From NCBI GenBank assembly GCA_964016885.1, contig OZ024741.1, positions 106,454,001 to 106,518,000 of the forward strand: a stretch of DNA of 64,000 nt, read 5' to 3'. The translations under genes were made by a program, and so were the position numbers. Below the pieces are notes generated by a model. That model worked only from the letters and a program-made list of their open reading frames with translations. It was not told where the DNA came from and searched no databases. Of this stretch, positions 25,382-40,038 are shown piece by piece. Every line of letters begins with the position of its first letter. Position 1 is the first letter of the stretch. Source of the stretch: Eledone cirrhosa. Its lineage: Eukaryota.

Positions 25382-28300
25382 ATGACCTCACTCAGAATAG
25401 GCAGCATAAATGCGCGTGGCTTGGGGTCGTCATGGAAGCAGGGTCACCTGCTCAACGACCTCAGGTCACTAAACATAGATGTAGTGGCCATCAGCGAGAC
25501 CAGAATCTCCGAAGCACGGGCCTTCGCACCGATCTTCGGCGGCTACGATGTGTACGCATCTCCCAGCCATCCTGGATCGGGGGGAGGAGTTGCTGTGCTT
25601 TTTCGGAGAGGTTTGGATTTCGCCATACGGGCCATCTTCCTGGACCCAGAGGATAAGTTGGTGGTGCTGGACGTGACCAGCGGAGACGGGAAAGCTTTCA
25701 GGCTAGTGGCCATCTATGCCCCGACAGGAGCAGGGCGGCCTTATTTCTTCCGGCGTCTGGAGACCTTTCTTGGAACGTCCCGCTCTTTAGTGTTAGTGGG
25801 CAACTGGAACGGGATCTTAGATGCACGCTGGGATTGTGTGGGATTAGTGGATAGGGAAGGAGGGTGCAAGAGTCTCCAACCTGGATTTCCCGAATGTACC
25901 AATGTGGACTTGGACAAATCGCATAGGGTCATCTAGATCATATCTAGATAGAGTATTTTGTAGGGAAATAGATAGGTCTAGCATAGGCTGTCCACAATTC
26001 AAGATAGTCAGCTACACGGACCACAAATTCGTGATCTGTGTGCTTGACTTAGATAGGCTTCATAGACGAGGACCCGGCTACTGGAAGCTAAACGCGTCCT
26101 TACCAGCGCGCAAGGCCTACAGAGACCGGATTAGCGAACTAGTTAAGCGGGCGTTGACGGGGGCCATCGTCAACAACAAGTGGTGGTTTGCTCTGAAAAG
26201 AGCGATTAGAATAGAATCGATTAGGTTTAGTAAGGCTTTAGCAATAGAGAAAAATAGAGCAGAGGGAGAACTAGTTAGAAAATTAGACGAGGCGCTTAGC
26301 AAAGGCACTGCGACCGACGTGCTTGCGGCGAAATTGGCCCTTGACCAATTCTTCAATGCAAAGCACGAAGGCTGCGTTGTCAGAGCAAGGGTGCGTGCTC
26401 TCAGACACGAGGGGACGAAAGCCGTTCAATGGGCCCGAGTGGCGGAGGCGCGTCGTGGCAACAAAGCCACGATCCGGTCTTTGGTGGACCACGACGGGCG
26501 CATGCTACTCGATCCCGGGCAAATGTGTGAAGCTTTTCAGCGACACTTCGCTCAGCTGTTCGGGGGCAGCGGTGGGCCGGGTAGAGGGATGGACTTTAGT
26601 GTCTACCTCGACGGACTGCCGCGGCTCTCGGCCACTGAGGCGAAGTGTTGCGAAAAGCCGATAACAGCCGCTGAAGTAAGGGAGGCAATGACTGGCTGCA
26701 CAAGGGGTAAATCGCCTGGTTTGGATGGTCTGCCCTATGAACTTTACGTACAGATGCCAGACTTGTTCGGAGGCCTCTTGGCGGACGTCTACTGCAACTG
26801 GCAACAGAACGGGAGAATTCCCAGTTCTGTGAGCCGAGGAGCGGTGGCACTGCTGAGAAAGGATCCGAATAAGGGGGATAACATAGAAAATTTCCGGCCC
26901 ATAACTCTGCTAAACACAGAGTTTAAGATTTTGGCCAAGGTGCTAGCAAAGAGGTTGGCGCTTGTCGTTGGTGGTCTGGTGGGAGAGGCGCAGACATGCG
27001 CCATTCCCGACAGATCCATCCACGACAACCTCCACCTCATGCGATACATCGTAGAGAGGGTAGCTAGGGAACCTGGCACGGGTGGGTCCTTGATCAATTT
27101 AGATCAGTCGAAAGCTTTCGATAGGGTCGACCATCGTTACCTAGCGGCAGTCCTGAGGGCGGCTGGCTTTGGGCCCGTCTTCAGAGGCTGGATCGCTGCC
27201 ATGCACAGCGACATCTGCTCTGTGGTGAGAGTGAACGGTCACCTGTCGGAACCGTTCAACATCATGCGCTCGGTCCGCCAAGGATGTCCCCTCTCGTCCC
27301 TCTTGTACGTATTGACTCTCGAGCCATTACTGCACAAACTGGAGACGTTGAGGGGAGTCCTGCGCGAACTAGGATGCGGAAGATCCGTGTCAGCATATGC
27401 GGACGATGTCACCGTAGTGGTGTCGAACGCCAAACACATCGAGGCGATCGGCACTACACTAAGAGAATACGAAGCGGTGACAGGAGCAATGATCAACCAG
27501 GAAAAGTCAGTGGGCCTGCAGCTCGGCACCTGGAGAGGCAGGTCCATGCCGTCCAACAGCGTCGTCGGACGCTGGACGGACGGACCGGTTAAATTGCTAG
27601 GGGTCTGGTTCGGTCCGAACCTCCAGACGGACAAAAACTGGGACGAGGTGACGAGCAGGGTGGCTTCTCTCACCCAGAAATGGGCGGAGAGGAAGCTATC
27701 CCTGAAAGGTCGAGCGGAGGTGGCTAACGCGTACATCGCGTCTGTCATCTGCTACCGCCTGACCGTCGTACCTTGTCCTAAGCCTCGCCTGACTGCGCTG
27801 GAGCGTTTGCTCTTTCGCTTTTTGTGGAAGGGACGTGCTCCAATGGTCAGGCGGTCCATCTGTTGTCAACACCCGCTACGTGGAGGGCTGGGCATGCCGT
27901 GGCTGATGATGCGCAGGCACGCGCTCAGGCTACGACATCTCCACCTCTTCCTCGACGGTGATCAGGTGTGGTCGCCGTTTGCTAGGCGCATATTTCCCCA
28001 GCTCGTTTCCTTGACGGAGCTGCAGTCCTGGGTCAAGCGAAGACCGAGAGGGAGCGCCTGGAGACTGGAATGTCTTCAGGCGCTCACAGCCCTCGACCAA
28101 TCGGGCAATGTGATCGGTGGAAACTCCACCTCGGCGTTCTATAGAGGATTAGTGGAGGGTAAGAGCGACGACGTACTTGGGGAAACTCTAGGCGTCGACG
28201 AAAATCAACTAGCCAATCTCTTCGGAAGAACTTTCGGGCCGGGGCCTATGGACAACTTCCAGAAATCTCTGGCCTGGCAGTGCTACCGAGGAGCCTTGTC

Positions 28301-28763
28301 AGTTCGGGATAAACTCTACAGGCATGGAGGTGCCGTCAGCCGGGCATGTCCGAGATGCGCGCAGGGCGACGAAACCGTCCTGCACGCACTCGTCCAGTGT
28401 CCGAAAATTGCTGACTTGTGGGTTTATGTCGAACACCTGCTGTCGCGTTTAGGACGGATCCAGCTATCATCTGAGTCCATCGTGAGGATTGCCCCGCCCT
28501 CCTCCTTTAGCCGGGAAGGGCAGCCAGTTTTTATCTGTCTGGTGGCCATGGCGAAAGAGATAGTATGGTGGACACGTTTGAAAGGGCTGAAGACGAGCAC
28601 TTACCTCTTCGGTGATGCTCTGATTGACTTTTTCAAATTTCATTTGAAAAGGAAAATCAGAGTAGAGAGGGAAGTGCTCTCTTCCCAGCATTTTGTTGAA
28701 AGATGGGTGAGAGAAGCAAGAATGGCCCGAGTGAATGGGCCTACTCTGAGTATATATCTGTAA
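25382..28763 (+). CDS. LINE ORF2: AP endonuclease + reverse transcriptase + C-terminal CCHC; one frameshift or deletion near 25875-25900
   Basis: APE motifs: SINARGL, ISETR, IYAP, GNWN, YLDR, TDH. RT motifs: KSPGLDGLP, NFRPITLLN, LDQSKAFDRVDH, VRQGCPLS, AYADD. Zinc finger: CPRC..ETVLHALVQC. Confidence 0.93.
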
Positions 28764-29011
28764 ATTAAAGGTGGAAAACTGGGAGAGGGCACTTGCCTTG
28801 GTGGTCAGGGTCATTGTGGCTTTTTACTGGGCTTTCTCCACAAATGTCCCTCCGAAATCTCCCCCCTATTAGGGAATTTTTCATTGTTATTTTTTGTTAC
28901 ATCCTCTGTTTTTGTTTTTTACACGCAGAAATGCCCATTTGTACCGTCCTGCATTGTCCTGCACTGTCCTTAATGTCTACTTTATGTAAACCCTTGTGGT
29001 TAATAAAGAAA

Positions 29012-29103
<92 letters not shown>

Positions 29104-29104
<1 letters not shown>

Positions 29105-29255
29105 GATAGAGCGTCGGACAATATGATTTGCCTTTCATCCTTAACGGGTCGATAAAATAAAGCACCAGTAACGCACTGGGATCGATTTAATCAAATTTCC
29201 CCTCCCCTTCATATTACTGGCCTTGTGCCTATAGTAGAAACAATTATTATTATTA
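29104..29255 (+). mobile_element. Internally deleted tRNA-derived SINE
   Basis: TTTGCCTTTCATCC...GGTCGATAAAATAAAG...GGCCTTGTGCCTATAGTAGAAAC. Confidence 0.8.
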
Positions 29256-29414
29256 TTGGCTGTCAGACAGTGAAGACGTGTTAATGTGAGCTCCGCAAGT
29301 TAGTGCATCTTCAAGACTTTTCGTTTGTATTAATTGTTATATTCTTTGTATTAATCGTTATATTCTTTGTATTAATTCTTATATTCTTTAATAATATTAT
29401 TAATTATTATATTA

Positions 29415-30480
29415 TTTTTGAAAAAGGATCGTAAGACTTCCATCTTTACCCTGTGAAGGGGAGATTTTATAATATTTGAACTTTGCTTTAAAAATTCTTT
29501 TTCGAAAAAAATACAACAAAATATGGCGGAACCCTCCACCAACTTTGAGTCTCAGCGGTGCAGGCGTTGAGCTAAGTAACACCGCCCCTAGCACAGATTT
29601 AGGCAGTATTACCAACAACAAAAACAATAGCACCAATACCAACAACCAAAAAACACGAAAGAAACAATGACAACAAAAACAACAACGAAATTAACAGCAC
29701 CACCAACAACGACATGAACAGCGACAGCACCAGCAGCAACAACAACGAAACAAGTCAAGAAAACAACGACAACAACAACACCAACTGCTCTAAGAACAAC
29801 AACAGAATAATTAACAACAACAACACCAACTGCAACAACGACAACAAAACCAACAACAACAACGACAACACCAACAACAATAAGACCAGCAACACAGACA
29901 ACAAGAGCTCCTTCATTGATGCAACAGCTAAAAAATGACATGCTTTAGCATGAACCTTGGTTCAAAAAGAGACAAAGTTGGCCCAGGCATGGAAGCTCAT
30001 TAAACAAGAGCAAACCTGGGCCAAAGTAACCGTCCCGGCAGAGGCTATAGAAGCGGTAGAGAGGAGAACCGTGGCCTTTAGATGCACTTCAGTGCTGCGC
30101 TGAGGTGCGTCGGATATGACACCGGGTACATAGCGAGGGGGAGACAATGCTGTTTAAGTCAGAAGTCCTCGGTGTGAAAGGCTCGGTGGCCCCTTTCAAT
30201 ACCAGCAAGGTCATCATGTACCCCCTCCCACATGGGAAAAAGAACTGTAAGAGTCCACATTCCCAGGATTCCACCAGGACTAGACTCGTGATGGTGGCTC
30301 CCGGGATGTGTGATTGTGGTGCTGGACAGATGCCGTCCCGATCGAGGCAACCAGAACAGCCAGGGAAAACTGGTCTGGGGTTGACCTGGAGATGCTTCTC
30401 CAGATCAGGCCCGAGGACATGAGAAAAATCCCGGACTACATTCAACTCCAACACGGGACGGCATTGATCTCCGAACTAGC
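29415..30480 (+). pseudogene. Degenerate ORF1-only remnant of a related Tx1 family
   Basis: AAC-rich N-terminus, then SFIDATAK. RENWSGVDLEMLLQIRPEDMRKIPDYIQLQHGT aligns by eye with REDWVGTSIEMLIQTNQECIEAIPDVMDFDNGT of the upstream ORF1. Confidence 0.75.
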
Positions 30481-30597
30481 CCCCTATCGAGTAACATTGC
30501 TCCAAAGACCCTTCGGAAGAACAATCAACCAGTTTAAGGATTTCAATTTAGGAACAACATCAGCATTTTACGGGAAGGCAAAGTCAATGAATACATA

Positions 30598-30850
30598 ATT
30601 GGTACTTTATTTTATCGACGATTTTGGTGGGGTTTGAACTCAGAACGTCAAGAGCCTTAACTAAATACTGCAAAGTATTTTGTCCGACTCTTTAAGGATA
30701 AGGATTTCTAATTTAGGCACAAGACCAGCAGTTTATAGGTTGGAGAAAGTTGATTATATTGGTTTCAGTATTTGACTGGTACTTTATTTTATCGCGACGC
30801 TTTAACAATAATGATATTAATTGTTTCTATTTTTGGCACAAGGCCAGCAA
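30598..30850 (-). mobile_element. Cluster of tRNA-derived SINE fragments
   Basis: Repeated GGTACTTTATTTTATCG, TTTGAACTCAGAAC and GGCACAAG(G/A)CCAGCA motifs. Confidence 0.75.
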
Positions 30851-31618
30851 TTATCCTATTAATGGTTTTTTTTTTGGTGATGGTAGCTTTAGACACAAAG
30901 TACAATACAATACATTTATAGTTAAAATCTTAAAAAACAACATTTAGATGATGGCTCAATCAAAGTGTGATGAAAACCAATTAATACACATAAAAAAACA
31001 ACATATAGATGAAATCAATAATAATTCTCGACTTCCCGCCTATCATTTACAGTGATTCACAGTTTACACGACTTTAACACTACCTCGACCCACCTTGCTA
31101 CCAGAATCTACTTTGTTAAAATATCAGTGTACCGAATGAACTCTAAATCTTTCAACCGATTAAAATAGAACTTTCGTTTCGTCCCCACTTTTCACTTTGT
31201 TGCGGCTGTAACTTCTATTTGTTTTTTTTTCTTTTACAATGCATAGTATTATATTTTCAAATTTGTCGATCAAGTTGTCATTGTAAGGTTCAACCCCCAA
31301 CACACACACACAGACGTATAGTTGCAGATCAAAACACATACACTCACACACGTCTGAAATGCAATACACATCCGTCGGTTTCAACGATGAGTGTTACAAT
31401 TCGATCAACGAAACAACTTTCTCGTGAAATTAATGTGTTAGTGGCTGTATATTTCACTGACGTGTGTATCTTTAACGTAATTGTCAGGGAGATTCAATGT
31501 GAAAGAGTGTATGTCTAAGCTAGCCCTTTCAATAACCCTCACAATCCATTCCAAACAGTCTCCATCTGCCCGATTTCACGCGCGCGCGCACACACACACA
31601 TGTATACATATATACATA

Positions 31619-31950
31619 CTCTTCTTCTTCTTCTTCTTCTTCTTCTTCTTCTTCTTCTTCTTCTTCTTCTTCTTCTTCTTCTTCTTCTTCTTCTTCTTCT
31701 TCTTCTTCTTCTTCTTCTTCTTCTTCTTCACCCACTTATTCCTGAGAGAGTCGTGGGGGCAGTCCTCAAACATTCCTTCCAGCGGGTCAGAAGCAACCGT
31801 CTCCAACTGATCCGGCTGGATCCCCAAGCGTGACCAGCCAAGCTCATGGATATTATCCAACGATCTTGCTCGGGGTCTACCCTTGGGTCTCTTAATGTCT
31901 CAATGTCAATCTTATTGATCACCCTAGTATACTCAGGGTATTGCCACTTT
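31619..31950 (-). mobile_element. 5'-truncated LINE 3' end (RTE-like) with (GAA)n tail
   Basis: Minus strand reads ...RDPR..P...RW/LDNIHELGWSRLGI... (G-R-P...W-D C-terminal signature, frameshifted), running directly into about 110 bp of (GAA)n. Confidence 0.6.
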
Positions 31951-32091
31951 ACTACAAAATATAAATGAGTATGCTATAAGTCAAGCTTATCCCGTTATTA
32001 TTGAGCTAGTTAATAACTGACCGGCTCGAGAGGTCGTATAATAGCGTATCGATCCGTAAAATCATATTACATACACACACACACGCACGCA

Positions 32092-32189
<98 letters not shown>

Positions 32190-32287
32190 TAATTTTGATT
32201 CAGTGCACAGTAATATCATATATAGTGTCTATTTGATATATTATAGCACCTTGTAAATCACACTGGAGATGGTTTTCATTATTAATC

Positions 32288-32490
32288 AGTGGATTGGCAG
32301 CATTGGTTGAGCGTCGGACAAACTGTTTTGTGACATATAGTTCCGGCCTGTTACGTTTTGAGTTCAAATCCTGCCGAAGTTAGCTTCCATACGTTGTCGA
32401 TAAAATAAAGTATCAATAACGCACTGAAGTCGATTTAATCGACTTTCTCCTTCTTGTCAAATTGTTGGTCTTTTGCCAAATATAGAAACA
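32288..32490 (+). mobile_element. tRNA-derived SINE (diverged)
   Basis: GTGGATTGGCAGCATTGG...GAGTTCAAATCC...GTCGATAAAATAAAGTA...ATAGAAAC. Confidence 0.8.
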
Positions 32491-32669
32491 TTTTCCATTA
32501 ATATATATCAAGTGAACATGCTCCTGGTGACTTTATACACCACTCGTGATGGCATTACCAGTTATATACTGTGGTGAAAAATAAGCAACTGTCTTCAGTT
32601 GACAGCGAAACATCTAAATATCTCACGAAGTAATTTATTGTAAATATTTCATAGATTATCTATATGGTA

Positions 32670-32892
32670 TACAGTTGTCCCCCTGTATTCGCGGGGGTTA
32701 CATTCCTAGAGCACCAGCGAAGAGCGAAAAACCGCGGCGAAATATATATATTGCCAAGAGAAAAGCCATTAAAAAATCGCGGAAGATATTTACGATTCCG
32801 CAAATGTGCGGTGGTTTCCACGAACAATTATTAGTTAGGTTCTAAGGAAAATCCCGCGAATAACCGGGACCGCGAATGCTGGGGGTACACCT
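32670..32892. mobile_element. Tc1/mariner (Tigger/pogo-like) MITE
   Basis: Begins TA|CAGTTGTCCCCCTGTATTCGCGGGGGTTACATTCC and ends with a degenerate inverted copy, CCGCGAATGCTGGGGGTACAC. Internal CCGCGAA repeats. Confidence 0.7.
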
Positions 32893-33036
32893 TTATTTGA
32901 AGTTCATTCTTTCTGTTTAATTCATACACATGTAAAATCATAGCACCGACTACCTGTTGAGTTGTTTTGCATTCTCAGGGATTAAATATTTCGCTTAGAT
33001 GAATTAATGTAATTGCAAGGAAATAGTACGTCAAAA

Positions 33037-34369
<1,333 letters not shown>

Positions 34370-34370
<1 letters not shown>

Positions 34371-34415
34371 TGATGGCTGCCCCCTCGTTATCGAGTATGG
34401 CCATTGCACGAGGAG
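34370..34415 (-). mobile_element. RTE-type 3' tail fragment
   Basis: Reverse complement GTGCAATGGCCATACTCGATAACGAGGGGCAGCCATCA matches the tail of the elements ending at 47103 and 48138. Another copy lies at 42948-43090. Confidence 0.75.
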
Positions 34416-34510
34416 AAAAAAAAAAAATAAATAAAAAAAAAAAAATATATATATATATACACATACATATACATACATACACACATATATATATACACAC
34501 ACACACATAT

Positions 34511-34544
<34 letters not shown>

Positions 34545-34548
<4 letters not shown>

Positions 34549-34718
34549 TGTTTCTACGTTAGGCACAAGGCCAGCAATTACCCAGTGTATTACTGGTACT
34601 TAATGTTATCGACCCCGTAAGGATGAAAGGCAAAGTTAACCTCGGTGGGATTTGAACTCAGAATGGCAAGGGCCGTAACTCGATGCGCCAAAGCAAGGCA
34701 TCCGACACTCTACCAATA
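34545..34718 (-). mobile_element. tRNA-derived SINE with (ATT)n tail
   Basis: Near-identical to the reverse complement of 7485-7670. Confidence 0.88.
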
Positions 34719-35309
34719 CTAATAATAATAACAACAATAATAATAACGACAACAACAACAATAATAATATACATATACACATACACATACACACAGACGT
34801 ACACACATAAACATATCTATACACACACACGATAGCAACTAACAGCGCTGCGATCGAATGTGGCTTTTTAGCCCAGCCCATGACCGGGCCTTAAGAATAC
34901 ATATATATAGATATATAGATACACACATAAACACATACACACATACATATTGTTACCTCTCATATAGATTTATATCTGAGACTCTTGTTACCTAATGTCC
35001 ATGGTGCCCACACATACCTATCTGTCTGTCTGCCTGTCTGTCTGTAGTCTGTCTGTCTGTCTGTCCCTCTCTCTCTCTCTTTATATATACATATATTTGT
35101 ATAAGTATATATATATATCCATATGTATCTATGTATATATATGTGTGCGTGCGTGCGTGTGTGTGTGTGTGTGTATATTTGTTTGTATAGATGTATGTAT
35201 ATATATATCTATCTATATATATATATATATGTATATATAAATATATCTGTATATATATATATATATATATTTGTATATATGTATATATATATTTGTATAT
35301 ATATGTATA

Positions 35310-35364
<55 letters not shown>

Positions 35365-35383
35365 ATATATGTATATATATATT

Positions 35384-35444
<61 letters not shown>

Positions 35445-35465
35445 ATATATGTATATATATATTTG

Positions 35466-35510
<45 letters not shown>

Positions 35511-36007
35511 TTGTAGATATATATGTATATATATATATTTGTAAATATATTAATATATATATATATTTATTTATATATGTATATATATATATTTGTATAT
35601 ATATATGTATATATATGTATATATATATTTGTATATATATATTTGTATATATATATTTCTCTATATATGTATATATATTTGTATATATATATATGTATAT
35701 ATTTATATTTGTATATATATTTTTGTATATATATATGTATATAAACGGAAAAATGAAACGAAATTTCATTTCCCACTCTTAGTACGGCTGTTACTTAAAT
35801 ATAAGTATGTACACGTACATACATATATGTATACAGATGTACAGTAGTATGTATATATATATACATACATGCACACATATATATATGTACGTATGGATCC
35901 ACCGAACATTTATTATAATGCTCGGTGTGCTTGTAAACAAACATCCCCTATTAAGCCGTACTGTCAAGCAACCATCGTTGCTTGTTTGTTCAACACTTAC
36001 AAAGGAA

Positions 36008-36048
36008 CGCTGTACTAGTTTCAAGCTTATTAGCTATCGTCAGCAACG
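36008..36048 (-). ncRNA. Type I hammerhead ribozyme (minimal)
   Basis: Exact mirror of 36410-36450. Confidence 0.8.
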
Positions 36049-36409
36049 TATACCTTTCTGCCAGATTGTTAAACGTATATACTTACCTTATGCATATTAA
36101 CGGCTGAGTAGCCCAATTTGTAATAAATGTTCGGTGAATCCATATGTGCATATACATATATGTGTGTATGTATGTATATATATATACATACTACTGTACG
36201 TCTGTATACATATATGTATGTACATGTACATACTTATATTTAAGTAACAGCCGTACTAAGAGTGGGAAATGAAATTTCGTTTCATTTTTTCCGTTTATCG
36301 TTTTCGGTGCACCTGGCCGATTAACCAACTCGATATGCAAATTGGGCTACTCAGCCGTTAATATGCATAAGGTAAGTATATACGTTCAACAATCTGGCAG
36401 GAAGGTATA

Positions 36410-36450
36410 CGTTGCTGACGATAGCTAATAAGCTTGAAACTAGTACAGCG
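36410..36450 (+). ncRNA. Type I hammerhead ribozyme (minimal)
   Basis: CGTTG-CTGACGA-T AGCT AATA AGCT T-GAAA-CTAG-TA-CAGCG: stem I CGTTG/CAGCG, intact core, stem II hairpin, palindromic stem III CTAG, GUA cleavage triplet. Confidence 0.82.
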
Positions 36451-36816
36451 TTCCTTTGTCAGTGTTGAACAAACGAGCAACGATGGTTGCTGGACACTAC
36501 GGCTTAATACGGGATGTTTGTTTACAAACACACCGAGCATTATAATAAATGTTCGGTGAATCCATACGTACATATATATATGTGTGCATGTATGTATATA
36601 TATATATATATACATACTACTGTACGTCTGTATACATATATGTATGTACGTGTACATACTTATATATATGTATATATATATTTGTATATATATGTATATA
36701 TATATATTTGTATATATATGTATATATATATATTTGTATATATATGTATATATATATATATATATATTTGTATATATATGTATATATATATTTATATATA
36801 TATGTATATATATTTG

Positions 36817-36869
<53 letters not shown>

Positions 36870-37123
36870 TTGTATATATATGTATATATATATATATTTG
36901 TATATGTATATATATGTTTATATATGTATATATATTTGTATATATATATTTGTATATATATGTATATTCATTTGTATATATATATGTATATATATTTATA
37001 TTTGTAGATATGTTTGTATATATATATATATATGTATATATATATTTGTATATATATGTATATATATATATATTTCTATAAATATTTGTATATATATCTA
37101 TATATATATTTGTATATATATGA

Positions 37124-37157
<34 letters not shown>

Positions 37158-38111
37158 GTATATATATATATTTGTATATATATATGTATATACATATATA
37201 TATATATGTATATATATGTATATATATATATATTTGTATATATATATATATATATATTTGTATGTATATGTATATATATTTTTGTATCTATATGGATGTA
37301 TGTATGTATGTATGTATGTATCTGTGTGTGTGTGTGTATGTGTGTATCTGCGTGTGTGTGTGTATGTATTTATGTATGTGTCTCTGTGTGTGTGTGTACT
37401 AAAGAGCGCTACAAACATGACACACCCAGATTTGACGATAAAGGTATATGGAAAATTAGAAAATACCTAGCCGTTGGTTCATCAAGTACGAAAACAGCAT
37501 GTTTATTGTGGAGTAGGTAGGGCTGTGAGGATGGGCAGGTGAAGGAGTGGGTGGTAAATGATTTTGGTTCAATGGCGTAGCTTTGACTTTTGACAGTTGA
37601 GTCGGCACAATTAATATTTATTAAATAAGTCACGCGTATACTTAAAAAGTTACTTTTAGTTAATATTCTTCTCCCCATCATATTATATTTGTCCTCAATA
37701 TGTCTGGGACAAACCAACTCATGACAGGCGGCCATTTTGTTGTAGTTGTTGTCCTAGTTGTAATTGAGGTTGTAGTTGTTGCAGTTTTTGCACCTATTGT
37801 TTAGCCACGGGATTGCCTTGGCCAAGCAGTACAATGACAAACAGTATTCCAAGTCATGACCATCCTGTTTCATTTTGTAGACATTGAATATTTAAGAGTA
37901 CAAACTACTTTAAAAAAAAAAGTTGGTGGCGTGTGATTTGAGGTAGATTTAGCTACTATTTCTAATAGACAGAGCTGAGACCTCAACTACTAACGAAAAC
38001 ATAACGTAATAAATCGAATGAGCTCAAGATTTATTGCATCTATGTGATCAGCCTGTCTACTAGAAACAGTGTACTTATATACATGCCTTTTTGACGAGGT
38101 TAAAATAGTTG

Positions 38112-38375
38112 CGTTGCGTGTCTTAGTGGTAGGGTGATGGGCTTACGATCATAATGCTGTGAGTTCGATTTCTGAACCAGCTGATGTGTTGTGTTCTTGA
38201 GCAAATCACTTCATTTTATGTTGCTCCAGTATACGTAGCTAAAAATGAGTACCAGCAGTAGCTGGGGGTTTAACTCAGTGATGGACTGGTGTCATGTCCA
38301 GGAGGGAGTCATGTAATCTCCGTCGCTTAACGCCAAGGAAATCGGGATAAATACCAGCCTGATGAGCCTCTTGTG
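38112..38375 (+). mobile_element. tRNA-derived CORE-like SINE
   Basis: TAGTGGTAGGG A-box, GAGTTCGATTTC B-box, TGTGTTCTTGAGCAAATCACTT CORE-like motif. Confidence 0.7.
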
Positions 38376-39114
38376 ACAGACTTTAGACTTTTAGAAAATA
38401 ACATGTACCTAGTGGAAATATATCAAACAAAATAAAAAAAAAACATCGTACAAGCGAACAACGATGTTGTCATTGTTCCTTAATCCTCACCACTGAGCAA
38501 AAATTACAAATGTTGAATAAACAGGACGAACGTGGGGATACAACGAGAAAGAAAGAGATAGAAGAGAAAGAAAGAAATAGAAGAGAAAGAAAGAGATAGA
38601 AGAGACGGAAAGAGATAGAAGATAATTTTTCACGACTTCAAATGTATTGTGAAGAAAATATCTGCTTTAAATATACCAAACAAAGTTTTTCAGATAACTT
38701 TCGAAACATCAGACAATTAACAATGTGAAAAAAGATGGAATTGAAATAGGTTACGTAGGAAAATTGTGTGAGAAATATTTTAAATGGGGAGCATTCAGGT
38801 GGTTAAATCAAAGATTATTTAGGAGATCCTTGAGAAATTGTCCGTTCAATTTCTGTTGCAGTAATGGACAATTGCTTGTTCCACATCCACCTCTTGAGAT
38901 TAAAAAAAAAAACTGTAAAAGGAAAATACTGATAAGGGTGTTAAATCTAGATTTAATTTTAAGATTTGAAACTCATACTTTAGCTTTCATATTCTCAGAT
39001 AAAATGGACACTAAATAAACATAATCCATAACATAGATGGTAAGTTCTTACATCGATTATTCCCCTATTTAATTGCACCCCCTCTCTCTCTATATATATA
39101 TATATACATGTATG

Positions 39115-39164
<50 letters not shown>

Positions 39165-39166
<2 letters not shown>

Positions 39167-39822
39167 TTGTTATATTTGGGGAGGGTCATATTGTTGTAAT
39201 ACTATTGCCAGAAATAATAACAGAACACACTGTTTGGTTGCTTTTCGCTTCTGCATCTTTTATATCTCCATAGTTAATTCATTTGGCCATCAATGTTTAT
39301 CACTGACTGACCAACGGTCAAAAATACATACATATATATATATATATAGTCTAACAAAGTTATTTTGTTGCACATCTGCAACATCATCAGCGGTACTATT
39401 ATCATGTTCCCTCTTATTGTGTTGTGTTTACGCCATTTTTATTTTATTTATTTATTCATTTATTTATGTCTCCGTCTCTGCGCATGCGTTTGCGTGTGTG
39501 TATAATGTTTGGTGTGTGTGTTTGCATTTGGGTGTATGTGTTTTGGTTTTTGTATTCTATCTTTGTTTATTAGTGTGTGTTTATATGTGTTTGTTGTTAT
39601 TGTACTTATGTATATATTTATTTATTTATTTATTTATATTTCTCTTAAGTCAGTTGGCCAAATGAATTAACTATGGTGATATAAAAGATGTAGAAGCGAC
39701 AACCAACCAAACAGTGTGTTCTGTTATTATTTCTGGCAATAGTATTACAACAATATGACCCCCCCCCCCCAAATATAACAATATTTGTTTTGACACACGA
39801 TTTCATATTAAAAACCTCGCAA

Positions 39823-39887
<65 letters not shown>

Positions 39888-40038
39888 ATACTTGAGGAGG
39901 GTCATATTTGCGTAATATTGCCAGAATTAATAACAGAACACACTCACTGTTTGGTTGGTTTTCGCTTCTCGCTGTCTTTTATATCTGCGATCTAACTTAC
40001 TCGGTCCTCAATGTTGCCATATAAAAAACCTCGCTAAA

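Larger units (their letters stand above)
23037..29013 (+). mobile_element. Near full-length Tx1/L1-clade LINE inserted in (ATT)n
   Basis: Two-ORF layout: ORF1 with a CCHC knuckle, ORF2 with APE + RT + zinc finger. AATAAA at 29002, (ATT)n on both sides (22974-23036 and 29014-29103), and clearly more GC-rich than the flanks. Confidence 0.93.
35743..36660. mobile_element. Fold-back, hammerhead-bearing non-autonomous element (retrozyme/Penelope pLTR-like), 422-bp unit
   Basis: 35743-36120 is the reverse complement of segments 36121-36297 and 36338-36660. A direct repeat restarts at 36121 and again at 36543. Flanked by TA-rich tracts. Confidence 0.8.

Noticed and set aside
38335-38375. GAAA...CCTGATGAGCC as a possible type II/III hammerhead
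   Set aside because: It lies in a SINE 3' domain, and the required stems and UH site could not be formed.
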